Positions 38,161 through 49,492 are shown, counted from the whole stretch's first letter. The stretch is 63,980 nt of DNA, filler included, from an uncultured Myxococcia bacterium (GCA_964617105.1; 10 parts of 10 records of this genome joined end to end with filler, not necessarily neighbours in it); one strand, 5' to 3'. The notes: generated from the sequence alone by a model not told the origin. Numbers and translations are program-made.

Positions 38161-39307
38161 TACTAGGAATATAGTGGGCTTCATTAGCTGAATGGGGGCC
38201 GATACCAGATTGACCCCACACACATTGTGCTACACCATGAGGGACGAACCGGGCCTGGGTGGCGGGCATCTTTCCAGAGCCCAGATAATCAAAAGGTCGG
38301 CCGCCGGCAACCGAGGCGATAGTCTGTAAAAGCATCTGCAGCCATTTGTCGTTGGTAGAGGTGGAAACACCTGCCTCGCAATTCATAATATCCACATGAA
38401 TATCCAGGTTTTTACTCCGTTTATCTATATATTCGATAATTTCACTGGTGGGAGTTTCTGGTATTGGCCTTATCTCAATACCCATTTCAGCCTGGTTGGC
38501 CATGGTATTGAAGTTACCAGTTTCCCCGGCCATTAAATAAGAGATTATCATTGAGGAATTCCAGTTTTCAAATTCACGTAAAGGCAAAAGTGCCCTGATT
38601 TCCCGTTCAACTTTAAGCACTTTTTCAATGGGGGTTAAACCTTTAATCAGACCGGAATGGCAACTATCGCCCTTGGTTTGAATATGAAAACGCATAACTC
38701 CACGATTGCGCCATTCCAATACACCGGCTTTCACCTCGCCGTCACCAGTGCGTTCGCTGGCGATCAGTATTTTGGGGCAATAGTTATATTTCTTTTTCAT
38801 ATCTGCCAGAACATGTTTGGTCCCCCAGGGCCACATCTCGCCCGGTTCCTCATTTCCAACTAGCAGCAGGCCGAAAGAGGGCGCATTTTCACCCACAGAG
38901 ATGATATTCTGCTTCATATTTTTAAAGAAAACCGCCAGGGTTGCAACCGCAGTAAGCATATCGGCTGCACCTCTACCTTTTAGCCATTGCCCGTCAATTT
39001 GAGGTACAAGTTGTTCGGGAAAGGAAGGCGCCACCCTATCATAGTGACCACAAAACAAAATATCAGCCTGGACCTCCTCCCTTTTTTTCTCATTTGGTCG
39101 GGGCAAGTGGCAAAATAAGGCTGGTATTTTACCATGGCTATCATATTTTATAATTGGTACTCCTGCCTGGTCAAAAAAATCGCACAAAAAGTGGTAGCAG
39201 CGTATTATCTCCTCAAGGCTCTGACCGGCGCCTACGCTGATGGCCGGGATTGAGATAAGCTCCTGAGCCAGGGTAAGTATTTTGGATTCAATTTTTTGGT
39301 AGTTCAT
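38111..39307 (-). CDS. M20 family metallopeptidase/deacylase
   Basis: GHYD, GRGAADM, NEE, HSANE. Confidence 0.85.
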   Translation of the reverse strand: MNYQKIESKILTLAQELISIPAISVGAGQSLEEIIRCYHFLCDFFDQAGVPIIKYDSHGKIPALFCHLPRPNEKKREEVQADILFCGHYDRVAPSFPEQLVPQIDGQWLKGRGAADMLTAVATLAVFFKNMKQNIISVGENAPSFGLLLVGNEEPGEMWPWGTKHVLADMKKKYNYCPKILIASERTGDGEVKAGVLEWRNRGVMRFHIQTKGDSCHSGLIKGLTPIEKVLKVEREIRALLPLREFENWNSSMIISYLMAGETGNFNTMANQAEMGIEIRPIPETPTSEIIEYIDKRSKNLDIHVDIMNCEAGVSTSTNDKWLQMLLQTIASVAGGRPFDYLGSGKMPATQARFVPHGVAQCVWGQSGIGPHSANEAHYIPSIIPYYQMLENLASHDQ

Positions 39308-39318
39308 GTTTTCAACCT

Positions 39319-39361
39319 TTAAGAAAGAAAAGCAATCCCTGCATTTTAATGCCGGGTTGAC
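39319..39361 (+). repeat. Dispersed palindromic repeat, copy E
   Basis: TTAAGAAAGAAAAGCAATCCCTGCATTTTAATGCCGGGTTGAC. Confidence 0.85.
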
Positions 39362-39363
39362 GG

Positions 39364-39629
39364 TTAGGTTAAAGCGGTGAGGGCCTGGTGTAGTCTTCTG
39401 ATAGAGCCTTCAGTATATTTCGGTGAATTAGCGTATGAAAACCGGATAAAATGAGGCTGCTTAAAAACACTGCCGTAAATAACTGCCAGACCGAATTGGG
39501 TGGTGAGATAACTTTTCAGGTCCACCACGTTTTCGATGATCGATTTTTTGCCTCCCTGTCCATCTTCCAACTCCATCCCTTTGGGTACCTTTTTGCCCAG
39601 AAAAGGCCAGATATTAATAAAGGCATAGT
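39364..39629 (-). CDS. Class I/II PLP aminotransferase, C-terminal fragment
   Basis: GLAVIYGSVF..FIRFSYA. Confidence 0.7.
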
Positions 39630-39729
39630 NNNNNNNNNNNNNNNNNNNNNNNNNNNNNNNNNNNNNNNNNNNNTTAATTAATTAANNNNNNNNNNNNNNN
39701 NNNNNNNNNNNNNNNNNNNNNNNNNNNNN

Positions 39730-40089
39730 ATGAAGCAGGAACTAAGCCGTGTACAGATTTGTACACATTTTAGAGAACGGCAATTGAATCTTTAGGTCAA
39801 ATTGGGTGACAGTAGTGTGGCTGTAACTTTAATCGAAGTATTAGATGATACAAATAAATTTGTCCGCTGGAGCGCAGCCAAAGCCCTGGGAATTATAGGT
39901 GATCAGCGAGTTGTAGATGCGCTTATAACCGCGTTGGAAGACAGTGAGAGCGGTGTTTGCCGCAATGCCGCTATATCACTTGGCCAAATAGGGGACCAGC
40001 GAGCCCGGGAACCTTTGGAGAAACTTTTGAAACACCCTGATAAACATGTGCAACAGAGTGCTGCCAAAGCCTTGGAGGAGTTGGCGTGA
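39730..40089 (+). CDS. HEAT-repeat protein, probably 5' truncated
   Basis: VRWSAAKALGIIGD, CRNAAISLGQIGD. Confidence 0.8.
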
Positions 40090-40337
40090 CAAAGATCATC
40101 GCCACTATTTTCCTGTTATCCTTATTATTTATCGGCAACAACCGGCTGTATAACTGTTTTTCTCGGCTACACCCCGCCTTGAGCCATTTTGTTGAATCTA
40201 CCTAACAGTTTTGCCTGCAATCAGCCATTTAATAATAGTTTATTTTACATATCGCCAAAATATAACTATAATACCAATATAAAAACAATTTTTCGAGAAA
40301 TTACCATGAAAATAAACTTTTCCAAAATCCAGCCTGC

Positions 40338-40556
40338 TGGTATCAGTATATCGATATGACATCACAGGCTGAGGCTTTGTACGATTTTGTGGAGAAAACC
40401 ATTGAAACTGAACTGGTTGAAGAGTTAAATTTCCTGGCCAGTTATGATAATACCAAAAAGTCTATTCAGGATATTATTGATATGCCCGATGGCCGCATAG
40501 ATCTTTTTATCAAACTTTGTATTCAAAACAATGGATATCTGTCTGTGGAGGAATAA
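40338..40556 (+). pseudogene. C-terminal fragment of a Fic-family protein
   Basis: [38 protein letters not shown] resembles Fic C-termini; Fic core absent. Confidence 0.6.
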
Positions 40557-42529
40557 TGGGCATAGCAGGTGATATTGTCCTTATTGTGGTGACTGCTTTA
40601 ATTGGCGCTTTAATTGCCCAGAAATTGAGGCAGCCTCTTATATTAGGATATATTTTCGCAGGTGTTCTGATTGGCCCCTATGCCGGTGGTGTAGGGATTT
40701 CTGATATTCATGATATTGAGTTGTTGGCAGAAATTGGCGTTGCTCTTTTACTCTTCGCACTAGGTTTGGAATTTTCCTTTAATAAATTGAAACCAGTATG
40801 GAAGGTAGCGCTGATAGGGACACCCATCCAGATTATTTTGACCATGATCTTTGGATTTGAAATTGGAATATGGCTAGGGTGGGATATAATCTCAGCCATC
40901 TGGATAGGTGGATTAATTTCCTTTTCAAGTACCATGGTGATCCTTAAAACCCTAATGAATCAAGGATGGATGGGCACACTTTCCAGTCGCGTGATGATTG
41001 GTATGCTGATTGTCCAGGATTTGCTTGTGGTTCCGTTCATGATAATCATGCCCGAGTTAAATGATCCAGTCGCTGGTCTTCCGCTCTTGGGCTTTTCAGC
41101 CTTAAAATCTATTGTCTTTCTTTTTTCAATGATTGTTTTTGGTACAAAACTACTACCTCGTATTTTGGCCTATATTGCTGGCTGGGATTCACGGGAGTTG
41201 TTTCTTCTTTCCATCACGGCAATTGGCCTTGGGATTGGTTATACCACCTATTTATTTGGTCTTTCATTTGCATTCGGAGCATTTGTCGCTGGTATGGTTC
41301 TTAGTGAATCAGATTACGGACATCAGGCATTGAGTGATATTATTCCTTTACGAGATATATTTGGGATGCTGTTTTTCACCACTGTAGGAATGCTTCTAGA
41401 CCCTTCGTTTTTTTTGGGCAATTGGGATAAAATCCTGCTTTTAGTGTTACTGATTACAATTGGAAAAGGACTGATTTTCGGCTTGTTGGTGAGGGCTTTT
41501 GGGTATAGCAATGTTATACCCATGGCTGTTGGTCTGGGGCTTTTTCAAGTAGGTGAATTTTCTTTTGTTCTGGCCAGAATAGGACTTGAAACAAAATCAA
41601 TTGGAAATGACCTATATTCATTTATCTTAGCAACTGCAATTATAAGCATGGTATTAACACCAATTATGTCAGGTTTGACAGTACCTTTATATAGATTGAA
41701 AAAGCAATTGTTTACCAATGAGCCTTTACAAACTATTAATTTCCCCAAAGAAGGACTAACCAATCATGTAATAATCAGTGGAGGCGGAAGGATTGGCCAG
41801 CATGTGGCAAATATTTTAGTGCGTTTAAAAATAAATTTTGTAATTATCGAACTAAATTACCAGCGCATTGAAGAGTGCAGAAAAGCCGCATTTCCTGTAA
41901 TTTATGGAGATGTTGGCCAAAGCATCGTGCTGGAAGAAGCTAAAGTTAATAAGGCATGTTTGCTATTGCAAACTATCCCGAATATTATTATTTCTCAGTC
42001 AGTTGTCCACCAAGCCCGAAAACTCAATAAGAATTTGAAGATGGTCATTCGAGCCGAAGGTATCGAACAAATGAATAGCCTATATGCCAAAGGTGCAGAC
42101 CTTGTTGTTTTTCCAGAACTAGAGGCTGGTTTGGAAATTTCACGTCAGGCATTGATGCATTTAAATATTCCTGCAACAACAATACAGAACTATATTGATA
42201 ATGAACGAGAAAAATTTTATTCCCCCCATTGTGAGAAACAAAATGACACGAATGTGATACTGCAATTAAAAAACGCCAACGGTCTTTTAGAAATAACATG
42301 GGTGAGCCTGCCCCCAGATTGTTCAGTGATTAGCAATACAATTCGTGATTTAAACATTCGAGGCCGTACTGGTGCGACTATTGTGGGTGTTATTCATAAG
42401 AATAAATTTCAGGCCAATCCTGGTGCAAATTACAAATTTGCAAGCGGTGATTTGGTAGCTGTGATGGGTAATGTAAAAGAGCAAGAGGCGTTTCAAATTT
42501 TGGTCGAAGGTACTTTTATTAATGTTTAA
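40556..42529 (+). CDS. CPA2/Kef-type cation:proton antiporter with TrkA_N and TrkA_C domains
   Basis: [50 protein letters not shown] before ATG 40556. Confidence 0.92.
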   Translation: MGIAGDIVLIVVTALIGALIAQKLRQPLILGYIFAGVLIGPYAGGVGISDIHDIELLAEIGVALLLFALGLEFSFNKLKPVWKVALIGTPIQIILTMIFGFEIGIWLGWDIISAIWIGGLISFSSTMVILKTLMNQGWMGTLSSRVMIGMLIVQDLLVVPFMIIMPELNDPVAGLPLLGFSALKSIVFLFSMIVFGTKLLPRILAYIAGWDSRELFLLSITAIGLGIGYTTYLFGLSFAFGAFVAGMVLSESDYGHQALSDIIPLRDIFGMLFFTTVGMLLDPSFFLGNWDKILLLVLLITIGKGLIFGLLVRAFGYSNVIPMAVGLGLFQVGEFSFVLARIGLETKSIGNDLYSFILATAIISMVLTPIMSGLTVPLYRLKKQLFTNEPLQTINFPKEGLTNHVIISGGGRIGQHVANILVRLKINFVIIELNYQRIEECRKAAFPVIYGDVGQSIVLEEAKVNKACLLLQTIPNIIISQSVVHQARKLNKNLKMVIRAEGIEQMNSLYAKGADLVVFPELEAGLEISRQALMHLNIPATTIQNYIDNEREKFYSPHCEKQNDTNVILQLKNANGLLEITWVSLPPDCSVISNTIRDLNIRGRTGATIVGVIHKNKFQANPGANYKFASGDLVAVMGNVKEQEAFQILVEGTFINV

Positions 42530-42609
42530 TTAAAATATATTTTACCCTAGAAAATGGCGGAAAATGCGGCTGATAAGGCTGTATTTTGCTCACAATCTGA
42601 AAATTCATC

Positions 42610-43014
42610 GTGGCGATTTACCAACCAGGCGCTCAACTTCGAGATAGTCCTACCCGGGTTGGCTTCGAGGATGAAGAGGATGTGGCCACTTATTTAAAAA
42701 CTGTTTATCAAGACAATGGCTGGACAGTGGAGTGGGTAGACAATGGGGTGGCAGCTATGGAATCGCTAAAAAGAGAAAGGCCGGATCTGATCAGCCTGGA
42801 TATCAACCTGCCCCAAAAAACCGGAGTCAAAGTTTACCGGGAGGTAAAGGAAAATCTGCAATACGCCTCAATACCAGTGGTGATGGTTACCGGTGTACCG
42901 GGCCAATTCGAGACTTTTATCAGTACCCGCAAACAGGTACCGCCTCCGGAAGGATACGTTTCCAAACCTATTGATATCGATAAACTGGTAGAAGTGGTGA
43001 AAAAACTGTTATAA
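42610..43014 (+). CDS. Single-domain response regulator; N-terminus looks replaced
   Basis: EDEEDV, PDLISLD, VMVTG, VSKP; first hydrophobic strand not recognisable. Confidence 0.7.
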   Translation: MAIYQPGAQLRDSPTRVGFEDEEDVATYLKTVYQDNGWTVEWVDNGVAAMESLKRERPDLISLDINLPQKTGVKVYREVKENLQYASIPVVMVTGVPGQFETFISTRKQVPPPEGYVSKPIDIDKLVEVVKKLL

Positions 43015-43076
43015 GCCTTCAGAAACAGCCGGTCTGTCTCCTCTGCCATTTTTACGTATTATAAAGGAACCTAAAG

Positions 43077-43358
43077 ATGGCGGAACACATTTGCCCTCCC
43101 TGGATCGGGTATTTACTGATCAATCCATTGCGAAAAATCTTTGAAAATCCCAAGAAAATATTTTCTCCTTATGTCCAAAAAGGGATGACCGTGCTTGAAC
43201 CAGGCTGCGGCATGGGCTTTTTTACCCTGGATTTGGCCCGTATGGTGGGGTCAAATGGACGGGTGCTGGCAATAGCCGCAAAGCCTTGCAAAGGCAAATT
43301 CATAGCAGAGAAACCTTATCCATCTTTAACTCAGCCAAACAGCATCACCGCACATTAA
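43077..43358 (+). pseudogene. Class I SAM methyltransferase truncated near 43274
   Basis: VLEPGCGMG..GRVLAI then unrelated sequence where the conserved acidic residue is expected. Confidence 0.7.
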
Positions 43359-44329
43359 AGGATATTTCCAAGCTTGATGATGTTGTTTCCTTTCTGCAAA
43401 ATTGTGATCCAGCCGGTACAAGCAAGCGCAGCGCCATTACCAGTTCACTTATCGCTGAATTTCAAACAGAAAACAGCCAATGTTGGGGATCAATGCTCCT
43501 GCTTGCCTACTATCCATATTTAATCCGGCAACGTAAAAACTTTGACCCTGTCAGAGGATGCAATACTGAAGATTTGAATTCCCTTGTTCTGGAATCTTTC
43601 CTTAATGCCGCCGATACATTTCCCCTTGAAACTCAGGCCCACTATTCTGTAGTTTGCTTAACTTTAACCACCCGTAAGAAAATATCAAGGGCGATTGCAA
43701 AACTGTCAAATTGTGCAGACAAAGAACGCCCCTGGTTTGAAGGGGCCGAAGATTTTTTATCTGATTTTGCGCCATCTCCGGAACAAGTCCTACTTAAAAA
43801 TGAAAGGGAAAGGCTCTACAGTGCTGAAAACATCAGAGCCTGGATTAAAAGCCTGTGCCAGACAGAAAGTAAAGATAGTTATTCCCTCTCATTGAAGAGA
43901 CTAATCTTGAGTCAGGCAACAGCAGAGACAATAAAGCCCAATCAGCAAAACACAATATCCATCAAGGGTAAACTCTCTATCATTCGTCCTAAACCTAAAG
44001 GCAGTGTAGCAAAGGCTACAAATCCTTGCAAAAGACCCTCCCGCCTCGCTAAAATGCTCGCCCTTGCTCACAAAATGCAGGAGTTGATTGATAGTGGTAA
44101 AGTTCCTGACAGGGCAACTCTGGCCAGAAGACTTGGTTTCAGCCGAGCCCGAGTGACCCAGTTGCTGGATTTGTTACTGTTGGCCCCGGATATTCAGGAG
44201 GAAATTGTAATGTTAGAAATACCAGCAGGCAATAAAACAATCACTGAGCATGAGACAAGAAAAGTTCTCAGGTTTTGTCATTGGCAAAAACAGCGATCTG
44301 AATGGAATAAAATTTTAAAAAACAACTAA
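43286..44329 (+). CDS. Island protein with C-terminal HTH module typical of recombinase-associated genes; possibly chimeric
   Basis: RLAKMLALAH..IDSG..LARRLGFSRARVTQLLDLLLLAPDIQEEI; no clear start. Confidence 0.55.
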   Translation: MQRQIHSRETLSIFNSAKQHHRTLKDISKLDDVVSFLQNCDPAGTSKRSAITSSLIAEFQTENSQCWGSMLLLAYYPYLIRQRKNFDPVRGCNTEDLNSLVLESFLNAADTFPLETQAHYSVVCLTLTTRKKISRAIAKLSNCADKERPWFEGAEDFLSDFAPSPEQVLLKNERERLYSAENIRAWIKSLCQTESKDSYSLSLKRLILSQATAETIKPNQQNTISIKGKLSIIRPKPKGSVAKATNPCKRPSRLAKMLALAHKMQELIDSGKVPDRATLARRLGFSRARVTQLLDLLLLAPDIQEEIVMLEIPAGNKTITEHETRKVLRFCHWQKQRSEWNKILKNN

Positions 44330-44500
44330 ATTCACATTTTTGTGTAACCAACCCATTTCTTCTTCCATTATTGCTCTCAATTCAGAGCATTTCCGATTAG
44401 ATCCAAACAAATACCAGTTGAAAGAAATGTTTTTTTAATGTACAAATAATTATTATTCCTTACAATTTCACACTTAAACTGAATTAAAGGATTATTATTC

Positions 44501-44713
44501 ATGAATGACCGTTGGATGTCTGTAGAAGAGATAGCAGAATACCTTGGTGTGAGTAGAGATAGTGTTTACAACTGGGTAACACAAGGGAAAATGCCAGGAC
44601 ACAAGGTTGGCAGGCAATGGAAGTTTAAAAAAGACGAGATTGATGAGTGGGTTCGTTCTGGTGGCTCTGCAGATAATGAATCAGCGAAGATTAAACAGCC
44701 TGTGTCTAAATAA
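44501..44713 (+). CDS. Excisionase-type HTH protein ahead of defence operon
   Basis: DRWMSVEEIAEYLGVSRDSVYNW..HKVGRQWKFK..IDEWV. Confidence 0.85.
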   Translation: MNDRWMSVEEIAEYLGVSRDSVYNWVTQGKMPGHKVGRQWKFKKDEIDEWVRSGGSADNESAKIKQPVSK

Positions 44714-44740
44714 ATATTTTTGTAAAAGATTGGAATTTAT

Positions 44741-45340
44741 ATGCCTATTTACCATGCGCGTATGACATCAGGCGCTTTATTAATAAATGAAAGCCGAAAA
44801 ATAGCAGGGCTTTTTAAGGAAATCGATATAAATGATAAGTCTGCCTGGCAAAAGGCTATTATTACAGATAATGTGTTGCAAAAACGCAGTCCGGAATCTG
44901 CAAAACGTCTGGCAAATTACATCAGACAAAGATTAAAAAATGCTCCGCCATGTCTGATTGACATTGTTTTAAACAGTTCAGCAGATGTAGTAACCCAGGC
45001 TTTATTTGCGATAGCTATCAATTATGACCACCTGCTCGGTGATTTTATTGACCAGGTAGTTAGAGATCGTATCAGGCGCTTTAAAAAAAGTCTTCCCAGA
45101 CAATTATGGGATGAATTTTTAAATAATTGTTCGGGTTATGCGCCTGAAGTAAAAAAATGGAGCAAGAATACATGTACAAAACTTGGTCAAACCGCTTTTT
45201 TAATATTGACCCAGGCTGGTTATATTGAAAACACTAAGTCAAGAAAATTTCAACCAGTTTATGTGTATCCTGAAATCAAATCCTGCCTGACAAATGCCGG
45301 GCAAGACTATGTTCTTAGATGTATGGAGGTTGCTGAATGA
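44741..45340 (+). CDS. brxA: BREX protein BrxA (DUF1819)
   Basis: GALLINESR, NVLQKRS, LLGDF, WS..T..KL, QAGY; coupled to brxB. Confidence 0.88.
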   Translation: MPIYHARMTSGALLINESRKIAGLFKEIDINDKSAWQKAIITDNVLQKRSPESAKRLANYIRQRLKNAPPCLIDIVLNSSADVVTQALFAIAINYDHLLGDFIDQVVRDRIRRFKKSLPRQLWDEFLNNCSGYAPEVKKWSKNTCTKLGQTAFLILTQAGYIENTKSRKFQPVYVYPEIKSCLTNAGQDYVLRCMEVAE

Positions 45341-45639
45341 ACACAGAACTTGATAAGCGGCTGAATAAAATACTGCCGCGGCTGGAGTCTGAGGATTTTT
45401 TAAAAAGTACTGGTTTAGGCAATGAAATTGCTTTTTATATCTTTGAATATCCGGCAGAAGAAGAGATCCATGTCCGTAAGCATATAGAATTTGTTATAAA
45501 CCGTCTTAAGCAGAGGCGACCTGAGCTAAGAATTATTCACATCAACCTTTTTAATATGATTATAGAATATTTAAAGGGCAGGAAACTGCTTGAAAAATCA
45601 TTGGAAATCCATGCCCTTTTTATTCGAGCGCATCAATGA
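45337..45639 (+). pseudogene. brxB: BREX BrxB (DUF1788), N-terminal half only
   Basis: FLKSTGLGNEIAFYIFEYP; similarity ends near 45609. Confidence 0.85.
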
Positions 45640-46185
45640 TGAAACAGAGTTGTTGCTGCCCGATAACCTGCTCCATACAGACTCGATTATCCGTAAACTG
45701 GTGAATGAAATTCCGGAAGAAGACTGGCGAAGCGTGGAAATCATCGGCTGGCTCTATCAATTCTATATATCAGAAAAGAAGGATCAGGTTATTGGAAAAG
45801 TTGTCAAAAGCGAGGATATTCCGGCTGCCACCCAGTTATTTACGCCCAACTGGATTGTTAAATACATGGTGCAGAACAGCCTGGGGCGACAGTGGATGGC
45901 TACCTATCCGAAGTCTACGCTTAAAGAAAAGATGGAGTATTATATTGAACCAGCCGAACAGACTGAAGAGGTGCAGGTTAAACTGAAGGAGATAACGCCT
46001 GAGTCGCTGAATCCGGAAGAAATAACCGTGCTGGACCCGGCTGTAGGTTCCGGGCATATTTTGGTGGAAGCTTATGATTTGCTCAAAACTATTTATTTGG
46101 AGCGTGGTTATCGTACAAGAGACATTCCGCGGTTTATATTGGAAAAGAATTTGTATGGATTGGATATTGACGACCGGGCTGTGCA
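45611..46185 (+). pseudogene. pglX: BREX methyltransferase PglX, N-terminus missing, cut by contig end
   Basis: [65 protein letters not shown]. Confidence 0.9.
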
Positions 46186-46430
46186 NNNNNNNNNNNNNNN
46201 NNNNNNNNNNNNNNNNNNNNNNNNNNNNNTTAATTAATTAANNNNNNNNNNNNNNNNNNNNNNNNNNNNNNNNNNNNNNNNNNNNTTGCCTATCTACAAC
46301 TATTGATTACTCTTGGGATCCTGGACATGTCGATTGGCTCCACAGTCTATTTATTTTATCTATTTGACTTTTCCCCATTAATAGATAATATTGTATGATA
46401 AATTAAAATCGAAATCTTGAAAATTATATT

Positions 46431-48488
46431 TTGTATGAGGAGTTACTCTTGCTCTGTTATAGATGTGGAAGTTACAATTCAGATGATGTTGATAAATGTC
46501 AAAGTTGCGGAATAGAATTCCAACAAAAATCTGCCGCTGATACTACCACAAAATTATCAACCCAGGACAGTGTTGCCGATATCCCCGAGATTTTAAAAGT
46601 TGGAGATCTTATAAACAATCGGTACCTGGTAAATAAAATCTTAGGTGCCGGTAATATCGGGGTTGTTTACAGGGTTAAAGATTCTGCTGTTGATGTGGAT
46701 TTAGCCTTAAAGGCTTTTCCTGCCCGGTTTTTCTCTGCTCAAGAGAACCGTGATAATTTTCAAAATCAATACAAGACTATCCGTGAATTTTCCCACCATA
46801 ATATTGTTAAACTATACGAATGTGGTTTCCATCAAGAAAACGGATTTGTGACCACGCAGTTTTTAGAAGGTTTGACTTTAGGGAAAATTATCGGTTTGCG
46901 CAAAGAGAGAAAAAATGTTTTTGATCTCGATGATATTGAACGATTTTTTGCCCAACTCTGTCAAGCCCTGGAATATACTGGACGGATTACGGCTCATGGG
47001 AATTTACATCCCTTTAACATAATTGTTCAGCCAGATGTATTAAAAATAACCGATTTTGCCATATCAAAAACTATTTCGATTACCCATTTTGTTGAATCCC
47101 AAAAAGATAGTTTGCAGGGGCGATATTTAGCCCCGGAAGTTTTAGCCGGACAAACAGCAACGCCTGCCTCAGATATATATTCTTTGGCAATGATCATGGC
47201 AGAAATGCTTACCGGCAAACTATATGACCCCAAGACGCCTTTTAAAATCTCAGAGAACCGTCCAGAATTACCTGAACATCTAGGTGTAAAACTGGATAAA
47301 CTGTTTTTACGTTCCATTAACCCAAAAATTGACCAGCGACACCGAAAGGTAAAAGAATTTTTTTCTGAACTAACCTCCATAATTGAGGAGTATAGATTTA
47401 TTCCGCCAAAGCCAACTTCAAACCAGGACATTGCCCCAACCCAAATTAGAGAAAATAAAACAAAAACCGTGGCCGCAGAGAAAACAAACCAGAAAAAGAA
47501 AACCTCATCATTACCCATAATGTTAGCAGCCTTGATTTTGCTGATAATCAGCGGTATTATTTTATATTCAATTATATTTACTAATCCGGAGGATAAATCC
47601 AAAGTTCAAATTGTTAAAGAAAATAAACAGGTGGTACTACCCGCAATAGCAGAAGAAGTTGTGGATGCAGGAGAGGCAACTTTAGATGCGATTGTTGTTG
47701 ATATCCCGGAAATTACCGCAGAAAAAAGTCAAGATAAACAAGTTAAGAAAGTTGAAGTTACAAGGAAATCGAAAAATAAACCGCAGAAATCTGCTTCAAA
47801 GATAAAAATAATAAAAAGGAAAACCAAGGTTACCCCTAAAAAAGTTGCGCTCATATCCGATAATAAACCGCAAATCGCCCCTATCGGAAAATGTTTGCCT
47901 GGTATGATTTACATCCCTGGCGGCCAATTCAAATTGGGCAGTAGCAGCAGTGACCCTTTGCGTAATTTTGGAGAAATCAATATAACTAACGTGGATGTCC
48001 CCAACTTTTGTATTGATATTTACGAATATCCAAATACAAAGGGCGGAAAACCGCTGGCTGGATTAAGTTGGTATAAATCTAAACTCAAGTGTGAGAGCAG
48101 AGGTAAAAGATTATGCGCCGAAAAGGAGTGGGAAAAAGCCTGTAAAGGACCGGGGAACTTGCGTTTTCCTTATAGCAATAGTTTCAATCCTTCTCGTTGC
48201 AACACAGAAGACGACAATAACAATGACCGTAATGTCGGTCCCAGTGGAACTTTTGCCGGTTGTCGTTCTGGGTATGGGGTAGCAGATATGAGCGGTAATG
48301 TGGCTGAATGGACGTCCACCAAATATTCAGATATGATAACCGATAAAGTTTACAAGGGAGGCGATTCCACCCGTCCCGACTATGCAACCCGCTGTGCAAC
48401 CAGGTTCAATATGAGACCCGGGGGTTCGGCTGCTATACTGGGCTTCAGGTGTTGTGCCGCTCCAAATGAATCAGAGCCAAAACCATAG
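46431..48488 (+). CDS. Zn-ribbon + Ser/Thr kinase-like domain + TM + FGE-sulfatase domain
   Basis: CxxC..CxxC; LGAGNIGVVY, ALK, HGNLHPFN, DFA, YLAPE; EWEKAC, DMSGNVAEW, GFRCC. Confidence 0.88.
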   Translation: MYEELLLLCYRCGSYNSDDVDKCQSCGIEFQQKSAADTTTKLSTQDSVADIPEILKVGDLINNRYLVNKILGAGNIGVVYRVKDSAVDVDLALKAFPARFFSAQENRDNFQNQYKTIREFSHHNIVKLYECGFHQENGFVTTQFLEGLTLGKIIGLRKERKNVFDLDDIERFFAQLCQALEYTGRITAHGNLHPFNIIVQPDVLKITDFAISKTISITHFVESQKDSLQGRYLAPEVLAGQTATPASDIYSLAMIMAEMLTGKLYDPKTPFKISENRPELPEHLGVKLDKLFLRSINPKIDQRHRKVKEFFSELTSIIEEYRFIPPKPTSNQDIAPTQIRENKTKTVAAEKTNQKKKTSSLPIMLAALILLIISGIILYSIIFTNPEDKSKVQIVKENKQVVLPAIAEEVVDAGEATLDAIVVDIPEITAEKSQDKQVKKVEVTRKSKNKPQKSASKIKIIKRKTKVTPKKVALISDNKPQIAPIGKCLPGMIYIPGGQFKLGSSSSDPLRNFGEINITNVDVPNFCIDIYEYPNTKGGKPLAGLSWYKSKLKCESRGKRLCAEKEWEKACKGPGNLRFPYSNSFNPSRCNTEDDNNNDRNVGPSGTFAGCRSGYGVADMSGNVAEWTSTKYSDMITDKVYKGGDSTRPDYATRCATRFNMRPGGSAAILGFRCCAAPNESEPKP

Positions 48489-48535
48489 TATTTATTTTTA
48501 TTGCGGGCTTAAAAAGGTTCATCCGTGAGGTTGAT

Positions 48536-49492
48536 ATGAAAAAAACTTTCTTAAAACTTCTGACCATAATGTGTACCCTGGGGCTAGTTCTTTTATTGCC
48601 TCTACTAGTCCAGGCTAAAACTGTGGCAGTGGTAAAAAGTCATAGTTTAAGTAGTTATAATCATGTTCTGACAGGTTTTTCGGTGGACAGCAAAGCATCC
48701 ATCGTGGAATACGATATGAAAAATGACCTGAGTCGGGGCAAAAAGATATTTAAAATTTTAAACACTAAAGAAAAAAAGCCGGATTTGGTTATTGCAATCG
48801 GCCCATCTGCTGCCAATATGGCCAAGCGGGAAATATCCGATATTCCGATTATCTTTTGCATGGTACCCAATCTGGAAAAATATGATCTCTCTGCCGACAA
48901 TATTACGGGAATTACTTTGCAATTACCGGTAAAGACCCAATTAGCCACCCTGAAAACTTTGGCTCCCAAAATTCGAAATGTGGGGGTTGTGTACAATCCT
49001 AAATACACCCAGAAACTTATCAACCTGGCCATGGAATCTTCCACCCAGTTAGGCATGACCCTAATTCCCGCCAAGGTTGATTCTGCCACGGATGTTCCCA
49101 TGGCTACCAGAGCCTTTTTAGGGAAAATCGATGCCCTTTGGATGGTAGCGGATAAAACCGTTTTAAATGCCAGGTCTTTTAGGACTCTACTGGAGTTCAC
49201 CTGGAATCACAAGATCCCTTTTTTCTCCTTTTCTCATAAATTGGTAGAAGCCGGCGCCCTGGTTTCACTTTCACCAGACTACTTAAAGATCGGCCGCCAG
49301 GCTGCTAAAATTTCCAACAAAATCCTATTTGACGGCCTAAGTCCCAAACTGATTCCAATTGCCACTCCAGACAGCCTGGATATTGCCCTGAATCTTTCAA
49401 CCGCCAAAAGAATTGGGGTTGAATGTGACCTGGCCCTGGAGATTTTTACTTTTGCGGCGGTTAAGCAGTACAGGATAAGAGTATATAAGTAG
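48536..49492 (+). CDS. ABC transporter substrate-binding protein
   Basis: Signal peptide; IPIIF, NITG, GVVYNP, IDALW, LVEAGAL, NLSTAKRIG. Confidence 0.8.
   Translation: MKKTFLKLLTIMCTLGLVLLLPLLVQAKTVAVVKSHSLSSYNHVLTGFSVDSKASIVEYDMKNDLSRGKKIFKILNTKEKKPDLVIAIGPSAANMAKREISDIPIIFCMVPNLEKYDLSADNITGITLQLPVKTQLATLKTLAPKIRNVGVVYNPKYTQKLINLAMESSTQLGMTLIPAKVDSATDVPMATRAFLGKIDALWMVADKTVLNARSFRTLLEFTWNHKIPFFSFSHKLVEAGALVSLSPDYLKIGRQAAKISNKILFDGLSPKLIPIATPDSLDIALNLSTAKRIGVECDLALEIFTFAAVKQYRIRVYK

Noticed and set aside
48280-48488. FGE domain of the kinase as the DGR target
   Set aside because: Its end (GGSAAILGFRCC) does not match the template repeat at non-adenine positions.
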